Shown: positions 1 through 9,852, counted from the stretch's first letter. The stretch: 64,000 nt of DNA from Acidimicrobiales bacterium (GCA_030681555.1 JAUXRW010000030.1:22396-86395); one strand, 5' to 3'. Notes: generated from the sequence alone by a model not told the origin. Translations and numbers: made by a program.

Positions 1-806
1 GAGGCAGCGGCCCAGAGACCGAAGGCGCCGTCCACGTGCACCCAGGCGCCGTGCCGGTGGGCCACCTCGCTGATCGCACCGACCGGGTCGAGGGCACCGG
101 TGTTGATCTCGCCGACCTGGGCGCACACGATCGTCGGGCTGTCCGGCCCGTCGGCCAGGATGCGCTCGAGCGCAGGGACGTCGAGTCGGGCGCCGTCATC
201 TGCGGGCACCACCTCGATGGCTCCGTTGCCGAACCCCAGGTAGCGGAAGGCCCGGTCGACGGTGACGTGGCGCGCGGCGCCCACGACGAGGCGCACAGGC
301 GGCGCGCCGATCAGGCCCCGCTCCTCGACGTTCCAACCCACGTCGGCCAGCACCTTGTGCCGGGCCGCGGCCAACGCGGTGAAATGGGCCATCTGGCAGC
401 CCGTGACGAAGCCCACGGACGACGCCCCAGGGAGCCCGAGCAGGTCGACCAGCCAGCGCGCCGCCACCTCCTCCATCACCCCGACGGCCGGACCGCCGAC
501 GTAGAGCCCGGCGTTCTGGTCCCAGGTCGACACCAGCCAGTCCGCAGCCAGCGCCGCCGGGTGACTCCCGCCGATGACGAACCCGAAGTAGCGGGGGGAC
601 GTGGTCCCGACGACCCCGGGTTCCGCGGCGGTGGCGAGGGCCTCCAGCACCTCGGCGGCGTCCACCGGCCCGTCGGGAAGCGGGACGGCGAGCGCGCCCC
701 GGAGCTCGGCCAGGGTGGCGGTGGCGTGCACGGGTCGTTCGTCGAGCCCCTCCAGGTGCTCGATGGCCCGCTCCGCAGTCCGGCGCAGCAACTCCCCGGC
801 ATCCAT
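1..806 (-). CDS. PLP-dependent (group II, fold-type I) amino-acid decarboxylase, N-terminal part; the 3' end lies beyond the window start
   Basis: Open at the window edge, so absent from the ORF track. My own minus-strand translation from the ATG at 806-804 reads MDAGELLRRTAERAIEHLEGLDERPVH..SPRYFGFVIGGSHPAALAADWLVSTWDQNAGLY..GFVTGCQMAHFTALAAARH..AWVHVDGAFGLWAAA. This pattern is typical of group II decarboxylases, and third codon positions are strongly G/C. Confidence 0.7.
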   Translation of the reverse strand, partial: MDAGELLRRTAERAIEHLEGLDERPVHATATLAELRGALAVPLPDGPVDAAEVLEALATAAEPGVVGTTSPRYFGFVIGGSHPAALAADWLVSTWDQNAGLYVGGPAVGVMEEVAARWLVDLLGLPGASSVGFVTGCQMAHFTALAAARHKVLADVGWNVEERGLIGAPPVRLVVGAARHVTVDRAFRYLGFGNGAIEVVPADDGARLDVPALERILADGPDSPTIVCAQVGEINTGALDPVGAISEVAHRHGAWVHVDGAFGLWAAA

Positions 807-874
807 GGGCACCCCCTCGTCGACCGATTCCGGGCATCTTCCCACCGCCAGATCGGGTGGGGGCGCGGCCGGCG

Positions 875-1435
875 CTACGAGGGCCGACGCAGCAGGTGCA
901 CTGCCCTGGCGGCGATCCAGAGATGCCCGAGGGTGAGGCCGGTGCGCTGCCAGAGGCCGGTGTGCTCGGCGGCGACGAGGCTGGCCAGCAGGCTGGCCCC
1001 GCTTGCCCCGGCGACCGTCAACGACAGCCGGCCCCGACTGCGGTGCCCGGCCGCGAGGTCGGCCCGGCCGGCCAGGGCGGGGATGGCGGCCAGCGAGGCG
1101 TAGGCCAGCCCGGCCGCGGCGGCGTGGGCGTTGCCACCGAGGGCGCTCTCGAGGGGGGTGACGGCGATGGCCACGGAGGCGACGGCGGTGACCATCGCAG
1201 CCTTCGCGGCTCCGGGCTGGTCCTCGGCCAGGCTCCGTGCAAACAGCCCGACGCCGGCGCCCAGGGCGAGCAGACCGCCGGTCATGGCCCACCGCGTCGA
1301 GGCGTCGACCGCGGCCAAGCGGCTGATCGGATCGTGGATCGGGGAGTACCCGGCCTTCGTGGCGCCGAGGGCCGCCCAGGCGGTGATGAACGTCGCCGGT
1401 CCGGCGATCCCGCCGAGAGCGGCCGCTCGTCTCAT
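875..1435 (-). CDS. Integral membrane protein, DUF998-like
   Basis: Last 186 codons of track ORF 875..2524(-), starting at the ATG at 1435 (MRRAAALGGIAGPATFITAWAALG...). Several hydrophobic helices. The start overlaps the upstream stop (ATGA). Confidence 0.6.
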   Translation of the reverse strand: MRRAAALGGIAGPATFITAWAALGATKAGYSPIHDPISRLAAVDASTRWAMTGGLLALGAGVGLFARSLAEDQPGAAKAAMVTAVASVAIAVTPLESALGGNAHAAAAGLAYASLAAIPALAGRADLAAGHRSRGRLSLTVAGASGASLLASLVAAEHTGLWQRTGLTLGHLWIAARAVHLLRRPS

Positions 1436-1884
1436 GCCGTGGCGGGCACCGGCCGGCGAGGGGTCGCCCGGCCGACCACGTGAAGGGCGGCCGCCGCACC
1501 GAGCACCAGGAGTGCGCCGATCGCCACGGCTCGGGACTGGTCGGCGCCGCGGGTCCACACGGGCTCGGTCCACCCGAACACGGTGCCCGTCCGGGTGGCG
1601 ATCACCAGGGCGAGCGTACCTGCCTGGAAGCCGGCGACGCCGAGGGCCACGGGCACCGCGAACCGCGGCAAGCGGAGCGCAACGAGAACGAGGGCGATGA
1701 CCAGCAGGACCGATAGCCCGGCGTTGACGGGGAACCCGATGCGCACCAGCCAGGAACCCGGTGCTGCGGCGGGCACGTCCCGGTAGTCCACCAGCCACTC
1801 GCGACCGTGGACGAAGCCACCGGCGGCGGTGAAGGCGGCGGCGGCGAGGAGCATGGGTCGCGTGAGGGTGGCTCGTGACATCAC
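1432..1884 (-). CDS. Hypothetical membrane protein
   Basis: 150-aa track ORF with about 4 hydrophobic segments (LLAAAAFTAAGGFV, LSVLLVIALVLVAL, VALGVAGFQAGTLALVIA, AIGALLVLGAAAAL). Translationally coupled to the downstream gene. Family not recognised. Confidence 0.5.
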   Translation of the reverse strand: MMSRATLTRPMLLAAAAFTAAGGFVHGREWLVDYRDVPAAAPGSWLVRIGFPVNAGLSVLLVIALVLVALRLPRFAVPVALGVAGFQAGTLALVIATRTGTVFGWTEPVWTRGADQSRAVAIGALLVLGAAAALHVVGRATPRRPVPATA

Positions 1885-1995
1885 AGGGTCCTACGTCGCC
1901 GCACCGTCGCACGGATGGCTGCTCCTCGCGTGGGAGCGTCCTACGATCGCAGAATGCTTCCCCGGGCGTGGACGTCTCCGCGCAGGGCGCTGCGG

Positions 1996-4104
1996 TCAGG
2001 TCTGGTCGGCGGAGGCCAGGCCGAGCACGTCGAGGAGGAAGGCGTAGACGAAGGCTTCCTCCTTCCACGCGTCGTAGCGGCCCGACGGGCCCTGGTGCCC
2101 GGCGCCCAGCTCGGTCTTCAGGTACACCGGGCGGCCGCTCGTCGTGCCCGCCCGCAGCGCCTGTACCCACTTGGCCGGCTCCCAGTACGACACGCGCGGA
2201 TCGTTGAGCCCCGCGGTGGCCAGGATGGCCGGATAGGGCGCCTCGGCGACGTTGTCGTAGGGGCTGTACCCGCGCATGTAGGCGTAGACGTCGCGGTTGG
2301 TGACGGGGTTGCCCCACTCCTCCCACTCGGTGACGGTCAGGGGCAGGGTCTCGTCGAGGATCGTGGTGAGGCAGTCGACGAAGGGCACCTCGGCGACGAT
2401 GGCGGCGAAGAGGTCCGGGCGCAGGTTGGCGACGGCACCCATGAGCAGGCCGCCGGCCGATCCGCCGCGGGCCACCAGCCGCTCTGGTGACGTCAGGCCC
2501 TGGGCTACCAGATGCTCCGCGCACGCGATGAAGTCGGTGAACGTGTTGCGCTTCCGCAGCATCTTCCCATCGTCGTACCAGGGCCGACCGAGCTCGCCGC
2601 CGCCCCGCACGTGGGCGATGGCGAACACGAAGCCGCGCTGCAGGAGCGACAGCCGCAGGCTCGAGAACGCCGGGTCGATGCTGATCTCGTACGACCCGTA
2701 GCCGTACAGGAGGCAGGGCGCCGAGCCGTCCCGGCGGACGTCACGACGGTGCACGTAGGAGATCGGCACGCGCGTCCCGTCCTGCGAAGTGGCCCAGAGC
2801 CGCCCTGTCTCGTAGTCGTCCGGGTCGTGGCCGCCCAGCACCTCGGTGGCCTTGAGCAGGGTGCGCTCGCCGGTGTCGAGGTCCTCGTCGAACACCGCGG
2901 TCGGCGTCACGAGCGACGTGTACGTGAACCGGAGCGTCGCCGTCTCGAACTCTGCGTTCGTCGCCGGCGATGAGTCGTACACCTCCTCGGGCATCGTCAG
3001 CTCGCGCTCGGCCCCCGCGCCGTAGGGCATGACGACGATGCGTCGCACCCCTTCACGTCGCTCGTACCGCACCAGGTGGCCTGCGAACGCGCTCACGCCC
3101 TCCAGCTTCACGTCAGGCCGGTGCGGGACGAGCTCCTCCCAGCCGTCCCGGCCCGACCCGTCGACGGGCGCGGCCATCAGCGTGAAGTTCACCGCTCCGT
3201 CGGCGTTCGTCAGGATGACGAAGCGGTCGTCGCCCGACGGCGTCGGCGCGTGGGTCACGTCGTACTCGACGCCCTGCACCCGGGGCTGCACCGACCGGGG
3301 GGGTGCGTGGGGGGAGGCGACGGGGATCACCAGCTCCTCGGTGGTCACCTTCGAGCCGGAGCTGATGTGGATCCACTGCTCGGTGAGGCTCAGCCCGACG
3401 GAGACGAAGAAGCGCTCGTCGGGATCCTCGTACACGAGGACGTCGTCGGCGGTGGCCGTGCCCACCTCGTGGCGCCACACCTGGTGGGGCCGGTCGGCGG
3501 CGTCGGGACGCACGTAGAACACCGTCGTGTCACCGGCCCACGCCGTGCCGTAGGTGGTGTCCGAGATCTCGTCGGGGAGGTCCGTCCCGGAGCGCAGGTC
3601 CCGGATGCGCATCGTGTAGTGCTCCGACCCGTCGTGGTCCGTCGAGTAGAGGAGCAGGTCCTGCGACGGCGCGAGGTCGTAGGCCCCGAGCGCGAAGTAA
3701 TCGCCGTCGCCGGCGAGCGCGTTCAGGTCGAGCATCACCTCCTCGCCGGGCATCGGCGTGCCGTCGGGAAGATCCGCCGGCGGCTCCCGGGACGTGCGGC
3801 AGAGGATCGGGTACTGCTGGCCCGCCTCGGTTCGGCTGTAGAACCACCGTCCGCCCTTGCGGTAGGGCACCGACAGGTCGGTCTCCTTGATGCGGCCCTT
3901 GATCTCGGCGAACAGCGCGGCCTGCAGGTCGGCCGTGTGGGACAGCGCCTCGGCCACGTACGCGTTCTCCGCCTCGAGGAGGGACCGCACCTCGGGGTCG
4001 GAGCGGTCGTCGCTTCGCAGCCAGTGCCACGGATCGACCCGCTCGTCACCGTGGGCGAGAAGCCGTTCGGGGCGACGGGGGGCCTGCGGCGGCGTGGGGG
4101 GCAT
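1996..4104 (-). CDS. ptrB: Oligopeptidase B / protease II (S9A prolyl oligopeptidase family)
   Basis: 702 aa. The N-terminus HGDERVDPWHWLR..EAENAY is typical of protease II. The C-terminal S9 domain carries the serine motif GGSAGGLLMG. Confidence 0.9.
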   Translation of the reverse strand: MPPTPPQAPRRPERLLAHGDERVDPWHWLRSDDRSDPEVRSLLEAENAYVAEALSHTADLQAALFAEIKGRIKETDLSVPYRKGGRWFYSRTEAGQQYPILCRTSREPPADLPDGTPMPGEEVMLDLNALAGDGDYFALGAYDLAPSQDLLLYSTDHDGSEHYTMRIRDLRSGTDLPDEISDTTYGTAWAGDTTVFYVRPDAADRPHQVWRHEVGTATADDVLVYEDPDERFFVSVGLSLTEQWIHISSGSKVTTEELVIPVASPHAPPRSVQPRVQGVEYDVTHAPTPSGDDRFVILTNADGAVNFTLMAAPVDGSGRDGWEELVPHRPDVKLEGVSAFAGHLVRYERREGVRRIVVMPYGAGAERELTMPEEVYDSSPATNAEFETATLRFTYTSLVTPTAVFDEDLDTGERTLLKATEVLGGHDPDDYETGRLWATSQDGTRVPISYVHRRDVRRDGSAPCLLYGYGSYEISIDPAFSSLRLSLLQRGFVFAIAHVRGGGELGRPWYDDGKMLRKRNTFTDFIACAEHLVAQGLTSPERLVARGGSAGGLLMGAVANLRPDLFAAIVAEVPFVDCLTTILDETLPLTVTEWEEWGNPVTNRDVYAYMRGYSPYDNVAEAPYPAILATAGLNDPRVSYWEPAKWVQALRAGTTSGRPVYLKTELGAGHQGPSGRYDAWKEEAFVYAFLLDVLGLASADQT

Positions 4105-4145
4105 GGCGGGGGAGCGTAGGGGAGCGGTCGCACTAGGTTCGTCGG

Positions 4146-4523
4146 ATGAGCAACGAGAAGCCCCACGTGTACGTGCCCGCCGGCGAGACGCCGCCGGCCG
4201 ACCTCGAGATCGAGGACATCACGGTCGGCGAGGGCGACGAGGCGACGTCCGGTTCCGAGGTCGAGGTGCACTACGTCGGCGTGTCGTGGCGCACGCGCAA
4301 GCAGTTCGACGCCAGCTGGGACCGCGGCGACACGTTCCGCTTCGGCCTCGGCGGCGGCCAGGTCATCCAAGGCTGGGACGAGGGTGTCGCCGGGATGCGG
4401 GTGGGTGGCCGTCGGCGCATCGTCATCCCGCCGGGCAAGGCCTACGGCCGTCAGGGCGCGGGCGGCGTGATCGGGCCGGACGAGACGCTCGTCTTCGTCG
4501 TCGACCTGCTCGGCGTCCGCTAG
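4146..4523 (+). CDS. FKBP-type peptidyl-prolyl cis-trans isomerase
   Basis: 125 aa with the FKBP signature VHYVGV..FDASWDRGDTFRFGLGGGQVIQGWDEGVAGMRVGGRR.IVIPP..AYG. Confidence 0.93.
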   Translation: MSNEKPHVYVPAGETPPADLEIEDITVGEGDEATSGSEVEVHYVGVSWRTRKQFDASWDRGDTFRFGLGGGQVIQGWDEGVAGMRVGGRRRIVIPPGKAYGRQGAGGVIGPDETLVFVVDLLGVR

Positions 4524-4581
4524 CCAGGCCCGCGTCGGCGGAGTTCGGGCCCTCAGAGGGCCTCCGGTAGCCTCGCTCCCC

Positions 4582-5862
4582 GTGCCCGAACGCCCTGACT
4601 TCCGCGCCCCGAAGGGCACCCAGGACGTGCTGCCCCCCGAATCGGGCCGTTGGGAGGCCCTGCTGGCGGTGTTCGCGGGGCTGGCCCGCCGCCACGGCTA
4701 CGGCCTGGTGCAGTCCCCGATGTTCGAGGACATCGGGGTGTTCCAGCGCATCGGCGAGGGCACGGACGTGGTCACCAAGGAGATGTACGACTTCGAGGAC
4801 AAGGGCGGCCGCCACGTCGCGCTGCGCCCCGAGGGCACCGCTCCGGTGGCCCGCGCCTACGTGGAGCACCGGCCCACCACGCCGTGGAAGGTCTGGTACG
4901 CCACGCCCGCGTTCCGCTACGAGCAGCCGCAGGCCGGACGGCTGCGCCAGCACCACCAGGTGGGCGTCGAAGCCATCGGGAGCTCCGACCCCGATCTCGA
5001 CGTCGAGGTGATCGCGCTCGGCGACGCGTTCCTGCGCGCCCTTGGGCTCCGCCGCTTCCGGCTGGTCCTCAACTTCATGGGCACACCGGCGGATCGCGCA
5101 CGCTATGCCGGGGTGTTGCAGGCGTGGCTGCGAGATCGCTCCGGCCAGCTCGACCGGACCGACGCGGAGAAGGTGGAGGGACACCCGCTTCGGGTGCTCG
5201 ACTCGAAGCACGCCGAGACCCGTGCGGTGCTGGCCGACGCCCCTCGCATGGGCGACGCCCTCGACGACGCGTCGGTGGCCCACGGCCGTCGGGTGCAGGA
5301 GGGCCTCGAGGCGCTCGGCCTGGCCGCCGAACTCGATCCCACGCTGGTCCGCGGGCTCGACTACTACACGCACACGTTGTTCGAGTTCCAGAGCGACGCC
5401 CTCGGCAACGCCCAGTCCACCCTCCTGGGGGGCGGGCGGTACGACGGCCTCATCGAGCAGCTCGGCGGCCCGTCAACACCGGGCATCGGCTTCGGCTGCG
5501 GCATCGAGCGGGCGCTGCTGACCTGCGACGCCGAGGGCGTCTTCGGCGGTGACAGCCCGCCGCTCGACTGCTTCGTCGTCGACACCGCGGGTGGCGATGC
5601 CGCCGTGGTGCTGACCCGCGACCTCCGCGCCGCCGGCCTGGCCGCGGACCGGGCCTTCGACAGCCGGTCCATGAAGGCCCAGATGAAGGCGGCCGGCAAG
5701 AGCGGCGCCCGCGTCGTGGCCATCGTCGGCCACGACGAGCAGGCAGCCGGCACCGTCACCGTGCGCGACCTCGCGTCCGGGGAGCAGGGCCAGGTTGCCC
5801 GGGCCGACGTCACCCAGCACATCAAGGCGAAGCTCGCCGAGCCCCAGGAGACCACGACGTGA
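4582..5862 (+). CDS. hisS: Histidine--tRNA ligase
   Basis: 426 aa, GTG start. Begins APKGTQDVLP; class II motifs are present (FRYEQPQAGRLRQHHQ, GGGRYDGL). Confidence 0.96.
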   Translation: MPERPDFRAPKGTQDVLPPESGRWEALLAVFAGLARRHGYGLVQSPMFEDIGVFQRIGEGTDVVTKEMYDFEDKGGRHVALRPEGTAPVARAYVEHRPTTPWKVWYATPAFRYEQPQAGRLRQHHQVGVEAIGSSDPDLDVEVIALGDAFLRALGLRRFRLVLNFMGTPADRARYAGVLQAWLRDRSGQLDRTDAEKVEGHPLRVLDSKHAETRAVLADAPRMGDALDDASVAHGRRVQEGLEALGLAAELDPTLVRGLDYYTHTLFEFQSDALGNAQSTLLGGGRYDGLIEQLGGPSTPGIGFGCGIERALLTCDAEGVFGGDSPPLDCFVVDTAGGDAAVVLTRDLRAAGLAADRAFDSRSMKAQMKAAGKSGARVVAIVGHDEQAAGTVTVRDLASGEQGQVARADVTQHIKAKLAEPQETTT

Positions 5863-7598
5863 GCGAACCCATGCGCACCCACCGCTGTGGCGAGCTGCGC
5901 AGAGAACACGTGGGTCAGGAGGTGTCGGTGTGCGGCTGGGTCGGTCGTCGCCGCGAGCACGGCGAGCACCTCGCGTTCATCGACCTGCGCGATCACAGCG
6001 GCGTCGTGCAGTGCGTCGTGGACGGCGCCGCCGACCTCCGGAGCGAGTTCGTGGTGCGCATCAGCGGCACCCTGCGGGTCCGCCCGGAGGGCACGGCCAA
6101 CGCCGCGCTCCCGACGGGCGACGTCGAGATCGGCGACTGCACGGTCGAGATCCTGTCGAGGGCCGAGCCTCCGCCCTTCCCGATCGACGAGCGGGCGGAC
6201 GGCGTCGACGAGACGGTCCGCCTCCGGTACCGCTACCTCGACCTGCGTCGCGAGCGGATGCAGCGCAACCTGCGCATCCGGGCCAAGGTCAACGGCGCCA
6301 TCCGGGGGGCGATGGACCGGCAGGACTTCGTCGAGGTCGAGACCCCGATGCTGATGCCGTCCACGCCCGAGGGCGCCCGGGAGTTCCTCGTGCCGTCGCG
6401 CCAGGTGCCCGGCAGCTTCTACGCCCTCCCGCAGTCGCCCCAGCTGTTCAAGCAGTTGCTGATGGTGGGCGGCACCGACCGCTACTACCAGATCGCCCGG
6501 TGCCTCCGGGACGAGGACCTGCGCGCCGACCGTCAATACGAGTTCATGCAGCTCGACGCCGAGGCCAGCTTCGTCACGCAGGACGAGGTGCTGGCCTTCA
6601 TCTCCGATGCCGTGCTCGACGCCGCCGAGGCCGTCACCGGCGAGCGCCCGCCGCCCATCGACGCCATCACCTGGCACGAGGCCATGGACCGGTACGGCAC
6701 GGACAAGCCCGACCTGCGATTCGGCCTCGAGCTGGTCGACGTCACCAGCGTCTTCACCGCCACGGAGTTCAAGGCGTTCGGATCGGCCGAGGCCATCAAG
6801 GCGCTGTGCGTCCCGGGGGCCTCCGCCGACTTCGGGCGCAACCGGCTGGACGCGCTCACCGACCGGGCCAAGGGCGTCGGCGCCAAGGGCCTCGTCTGGA
6901 TGCGGGTGGGGGAGGGCGGCGCGCTCGACAGCCCCGTCGCAAAGTTCCTGAGCGAGGCCGAGCAGGCCGCGCTCGTCGCGGAGACCGCCGCCACCGACGG
7001 CGATCTCCTCCTCCTGGTGGCCGACGGCTGGCACATCGCCTGCGAGGTGCTGGGCACCCTTCGAAACGACCTCGGGCGCCCGCCGGTGCACGAGGGGCCG
7101 TACCGCTACGTGTGGGTCGTCGACTTCCCGATGTTCGTCGGCCAGGACGACGCCGGTCGGCCGAAGCCGGCCCACCACCCTTTCACGCGTCCCCACGCCG
7201 ATGATCTCGATCGCCTCGAGTCCGACCCGATGTCCGTCCGCAGCATGGCCTACGACCTCGTGCTCAACGGCTGGGAGCTCGGCTCGGGGTCGATCCGGAT
7301 CCACGAGCCGGCGCTCCAGCAGCGCGTGTTCGACCTGCTGGGCATCGACGAGGAGGAGGCGCAGCAGCGCTTCGGCTTCTTCCTCACCCCGTTCCGCTAC
7401 GGCGCCCCGCCCCACGGCGGCTTCGCCTTCGGCATCGACCGCCTGGCTGCAATCCTCGCCGGGGAGGAGAACATCCGCGAGGTCATCGCCTTCCCCAAGC
7501 CGCAGTCGGGCATCGACCCGATGACGCAGGCCCCCACCCCCGTGGACCCCAAGGTCCTCAGCGACCTCGGCCTCCGCGCCCTTCCCCCCACGACCTAA
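5859..7598 (+). CDS. aspS: Aspartate--tRNA ligase
   Basis: 579 aa. RTHRCGELR start, OB-fold N-domain, QSPQLFKQLLMVGG..RYYQIARCLRDEDLRADRQ.EF.QLD, C-terminal GGFAFGIDRL. GTGA overlap with hisS. Confidence 0.97.
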   Translation: MSEPMRTHRCGELRREHVGQEVSVCGWVGRRREHGEHLAFIDLRDHSGVVQCVVDGAADLRSEFVVRISGTLRVRPEGTANAALPTGDVEIGDCTVEILSRAEPPPFPIDERADGVDETVRLRYRYLDLRRERMQRNLRIRAKVNGAIRGAMDRQDFVEVETPMLMPSTPEGAREFLVPSRQVPGSFYALPQSPQLFKQLLMVGGTDRYYQIARCLRDEDLRADRQYEFMQLDAEASFVTQDEVLAFISDAVLDAAEAVTGERPPPIDAITWHEAMDRYGTDKPDLRFGLELVDVTSVFTATEFKAFGSAEAIKALCVPGASADFGRNRLDALTDRAKGVGAKGLVWMRVGEGGALDSPVAKFLSEAEQAALVAETAATDGDLLLLVADGWHIACEVLGTLRNDLGRPPVHEGPYRYVWVVDFPMFVGQDDAGRPKPAHHPFTRPHADDLDRLESDPMSVRSMAYDLVLNGWELGSGSIRIHEPALQQRVFDLLGIDEEEAQQRFGFFLTPFRYGAPPHGGFAFGIDRLAAILAGEENIREVIAFPKPQSGIDPMTQAPTPVDPKVLSDLGLRALPPTT

Positions 7599-7621
7599 CC
7601 CCGTTCTGTGAACCGAATCCG
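7599..7621 (+). repeat. Solo copy of the 23-nt element CCCCG(T/A)TCTGTGAACCGAATCCG, directly after the aspS stop codon
   Basis: 22/23 identical to the reverse complement of 40186..40210 and 21/23 identical to 40154..40176. Confidence 0.6.
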
Positions 7622-7914
7622 CGCAGGGCGACCACTGCGCTCAGCGGAGGAGCTTGCTGGAGAGCGTCTCCCCAGCGCGGCGTCGACGCCCCAGGGTTCC
7701 ACGAGCCCAGGTAGACGATCGTCCTGGTCGGATCGTCGAGCGGCAGGCCCTGCCGCTCGGCGACGTGATGTGGCCGCAGGTCGCGGATGCGATGCGCGCT
7801 GGCCGGCCTCCACAGAGCGGCCCGTCGAGGGTACGGCACCGACACGGCCGGCGCCTTCGGTCGGTCGACGATCAGACCGGGGGTGTGACACGGCACCGCT
7901 AGCGTCGGTGGCGC

Positions 7915-9210
7915 ATGGCGGACGACCTCTTCGGCGCAGCGGCGGACGACGTGCTGGCGGCCAGCGCGCCCTTAGCGGCTCGTCTCCGGCCGCGCAGCCT
8001 CGACGACATCGTCGGGCAGGACGAGCTGCTCGCCCCCGGGAAGCCGCTGCGCACGTTGGTCGAGGCGGACCGGCTCTCGTCGGTGATCCTCTGGGGCCCG
8101 CCCGGCACGGGCAAGACCACCCTCGCGCAGGCCATCGCCGCCCACACCTCGAAGTCTTTCGAGCAGCTGTCCGCCGTGTCGGCTGGGGTGAAGGACGTGC
8201 GGGAGGTGCTGGAGCGGGCCCGCCACCGGCTCGGTGAGCGGGGCCAGGGCACCATCCTGTTCCTCGACGAGGTGCATCGGTTCTCGAAGTCGCAGCAGGA
8301 CGCGCTGCTCCCGGGCGTCGAGAGCGGCCTCATCACGCTCATCGGCGCCACGACCGAGAACCCGTTCTTCGAGGTGAACCCGCCCCTGCTGTCGCGGTCC
8401 ACGCTGTTCCGCCTCGTGGCGCTCGACGACGCCGCTGCCCGGGCCCTGCTCGAGCGGGGCCTTCGTGCCGAGGGGGCCACGGCCGACGAGGACGCCGTCG
8501 CCCACCTGGCCGGGCACGCAAACGGGGACGGGCGCCACGTCCTGACGAGCGTCGAGGTGGCGGTCGCCGTGGCTCGCGCCCGGGCCGAGCCGCCCGTCGT
8601 CACCCTCGCCGATGCAGAGGCGGCCCTCGGCACCAAGGCCCTCCGCTACGGCCGGGACGAGCACTACGACGTCATCTCGGCGTTCATCAAGAGCATCCGC
8701 GGGAGCGACCCCGACGCCGGCCTGTACTGGCTCGCCCGCATGCTCGAGGCCGGGGAGGACGCCCGGTTCATCGCCCGCCGGATCATCATCCTGGCCAGCG
8801 AGGACATCGGCGAGGCCGACCCGCAGTCGCTCCCGATCGCGGTCGCCGCCGCCCACGCGGTGGAACACGTCGGCCTCCCCGAGGCGCAGCTGAACCTGGC
8901 CCAAGCGGTCGTCCACCTGGCCACCGCACCGAAGTCGAACCGGGTGGCACTGGGCATCTGGTCCGCCCGGGAGGACGTCCGCCACGGCCCCTCGGTCGAG
9001 GTCCCGGTGCACCTCCGCGACGGCCACTACTCCGGGGCCGCGAAGCTCGGGCACGGGGTTGGCTACGACTATCCTCACGACCACTCGGAGGGCTGGGTGC
9101 CGCAGCGGTACCTCCCCGACGAGGTCCACGGACGGACCTACTACGACCCCTCCGACCACGGCTTCGAGCAGGAGATCCGAACGCGCATGCAGTCCAGGAC
9201 GACGTCGTGA
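7915..9210 (+). CDS. rarA: Replication-associated recombination protein A (AAA+ ATPase, MgsA/RarA)
   Basis: 431 aa. RPRSLDDIVGQDELL, Walker A GPPGTGKTT, Walker B ILFLDEVHRF, MgsA C-terminal domain (YDVISAFIKSIRGSDPDAGLYWLARML). Confidence 0.96.
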   Translation: MADDLFGAAADDVLAASAPLAARLRPRSLDDIVGQDELLAPGKPLRTLVEADRLSSVILWGPPGTGKTTLAQAIAAHTSKSFEQLSAVSAGVKDVREVLERARHRLGERGQGTILFLDEVHRFSKSQQDALLPGVESGLITLIGATTENPFFEVNPPLLSRSTLFRLVALDDAAARALLERGLRAEGATADEDAVAHLAGHANGDGRHVLTSVEVAVAVARARAEPPVVTLADAEAALGTKALRYGRDEHYDVISAFIKSIRGSDPDAGLYWLARMLEAGEDARFIARRIIILASEDIGEADPQSLPIAVAAAHAVEHVGLPEAQLNLAQAVVHLATAPKSNRVALGIWSAREDVRHGPSVEVPVHLRDGHYSGAAKLGHGVGYDYPHDHSEGWVPQRYLPDEVHGRTYYDPSDHGFEQEIRTRMQSRTTS

Positions 9211-9572
9211 GTGGCACCGAGCTGGCCGCGGTGATCGTCGCCATCGCCAGCGTGGTCGGGGTGATGCTTCTCGGCGTGGCCCTCGTCTCGATCACGCGCA
9301 CCCTGCGGAGCGTCCGCGAGTCGGTCGAGCAGATCCGGGCCGAGACGCTGCCGGTGATGACGGATATGGGTGCCACGGTCCGCACGGCCAACGCCGAGCT
9401 GGAGCGGGTGGACGAGCTGCTCGGCACCGCCGAATCGATCTCGGGCACCGTCGACTCGGCGTCCCGCCTGGCCTACCTCGCCTTCTCCAACCCGGTCATC
9501 AAGGTGCTGGCGCTGGCCTCCGGCACGAGCCGCGCGGCCTCGCGGTTCCGCCGTGGTCGGGCCCGGGGGTAG
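9207..9572 (+). CDS. DUF948-like membrane-anchored protein
   Basis: 121 aa: an N-terminal TM helix followed by a helical region (TLRSVRESVEQIRAETLPVMTDMGATVRTANAELERVDELL). Sits upstream of alaS, as is usual in Actinobacteria. GTGA overlap with rarA. Confidence 0.75.
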   Translation: MSGTELAAVIVAIASVVGVMLLGVALVSITRTLRSVRESVEQIRAETLPVMTDMGATVRTANAELERVDELLGTAESISGTVDSASRLAYLAFSNPVIKVLALASGTSRAASRFRRGRARG

Positions 9573-9574
9573 AG

Positions 9575-9814
9575 GTGTTCCGCCGCCTGCTCTGGCTGGT
9601 CATGGGTGCCGGGTTCGGCTTCGGCGTGTCCTTCTGGCTGATGCGGTTCGTCCGGGAGACGGCGGCCCGCTACACGCCCGAGCGGGTGAGCTCCGGTCTC
9701 GCCGACTCGGTGCGGAACCTCGGCGACGCTGTGCGCGCCGCGGTGGCCGACGGCCGTGAGGCCATGCGGGAGCGCGAGCAGGAGCTCCGCGGCGAGGTGG
9801 AGCGAACCCGCTGA
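9575..9814 (+). CDS. Small membrane protein (one TM helix plus a charged helix)
   Basis: In-frame GTG at 9575 within track ORF 9059..9814. VFRRLLWLVMGAGFGFGVSFWLMRFVRE..., 79 aa, good GC3. The start choice is an inference. Confidence 0.55.
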   Translation: MFRRLLWLVMGAGFGFGVSFWLMRFVRETAARYTPERVSSGLADSVRNLGDAVRAAVADGREAMREREQELRGEVERTR

Positions 9815-9852
9815 CGGGCAGCCGGGGGACCGCCGGTAGGCTCCCGGGGATC

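Noticed and set aside
36-1103. 355-aa + strand ORF at the window start.
   Set aside because: It is antisense to the PLP-decarboxylase gene, whose minus-strand translation shows clear family motifs. The + strand product is Arg/Gly/His-rich with no motifs.
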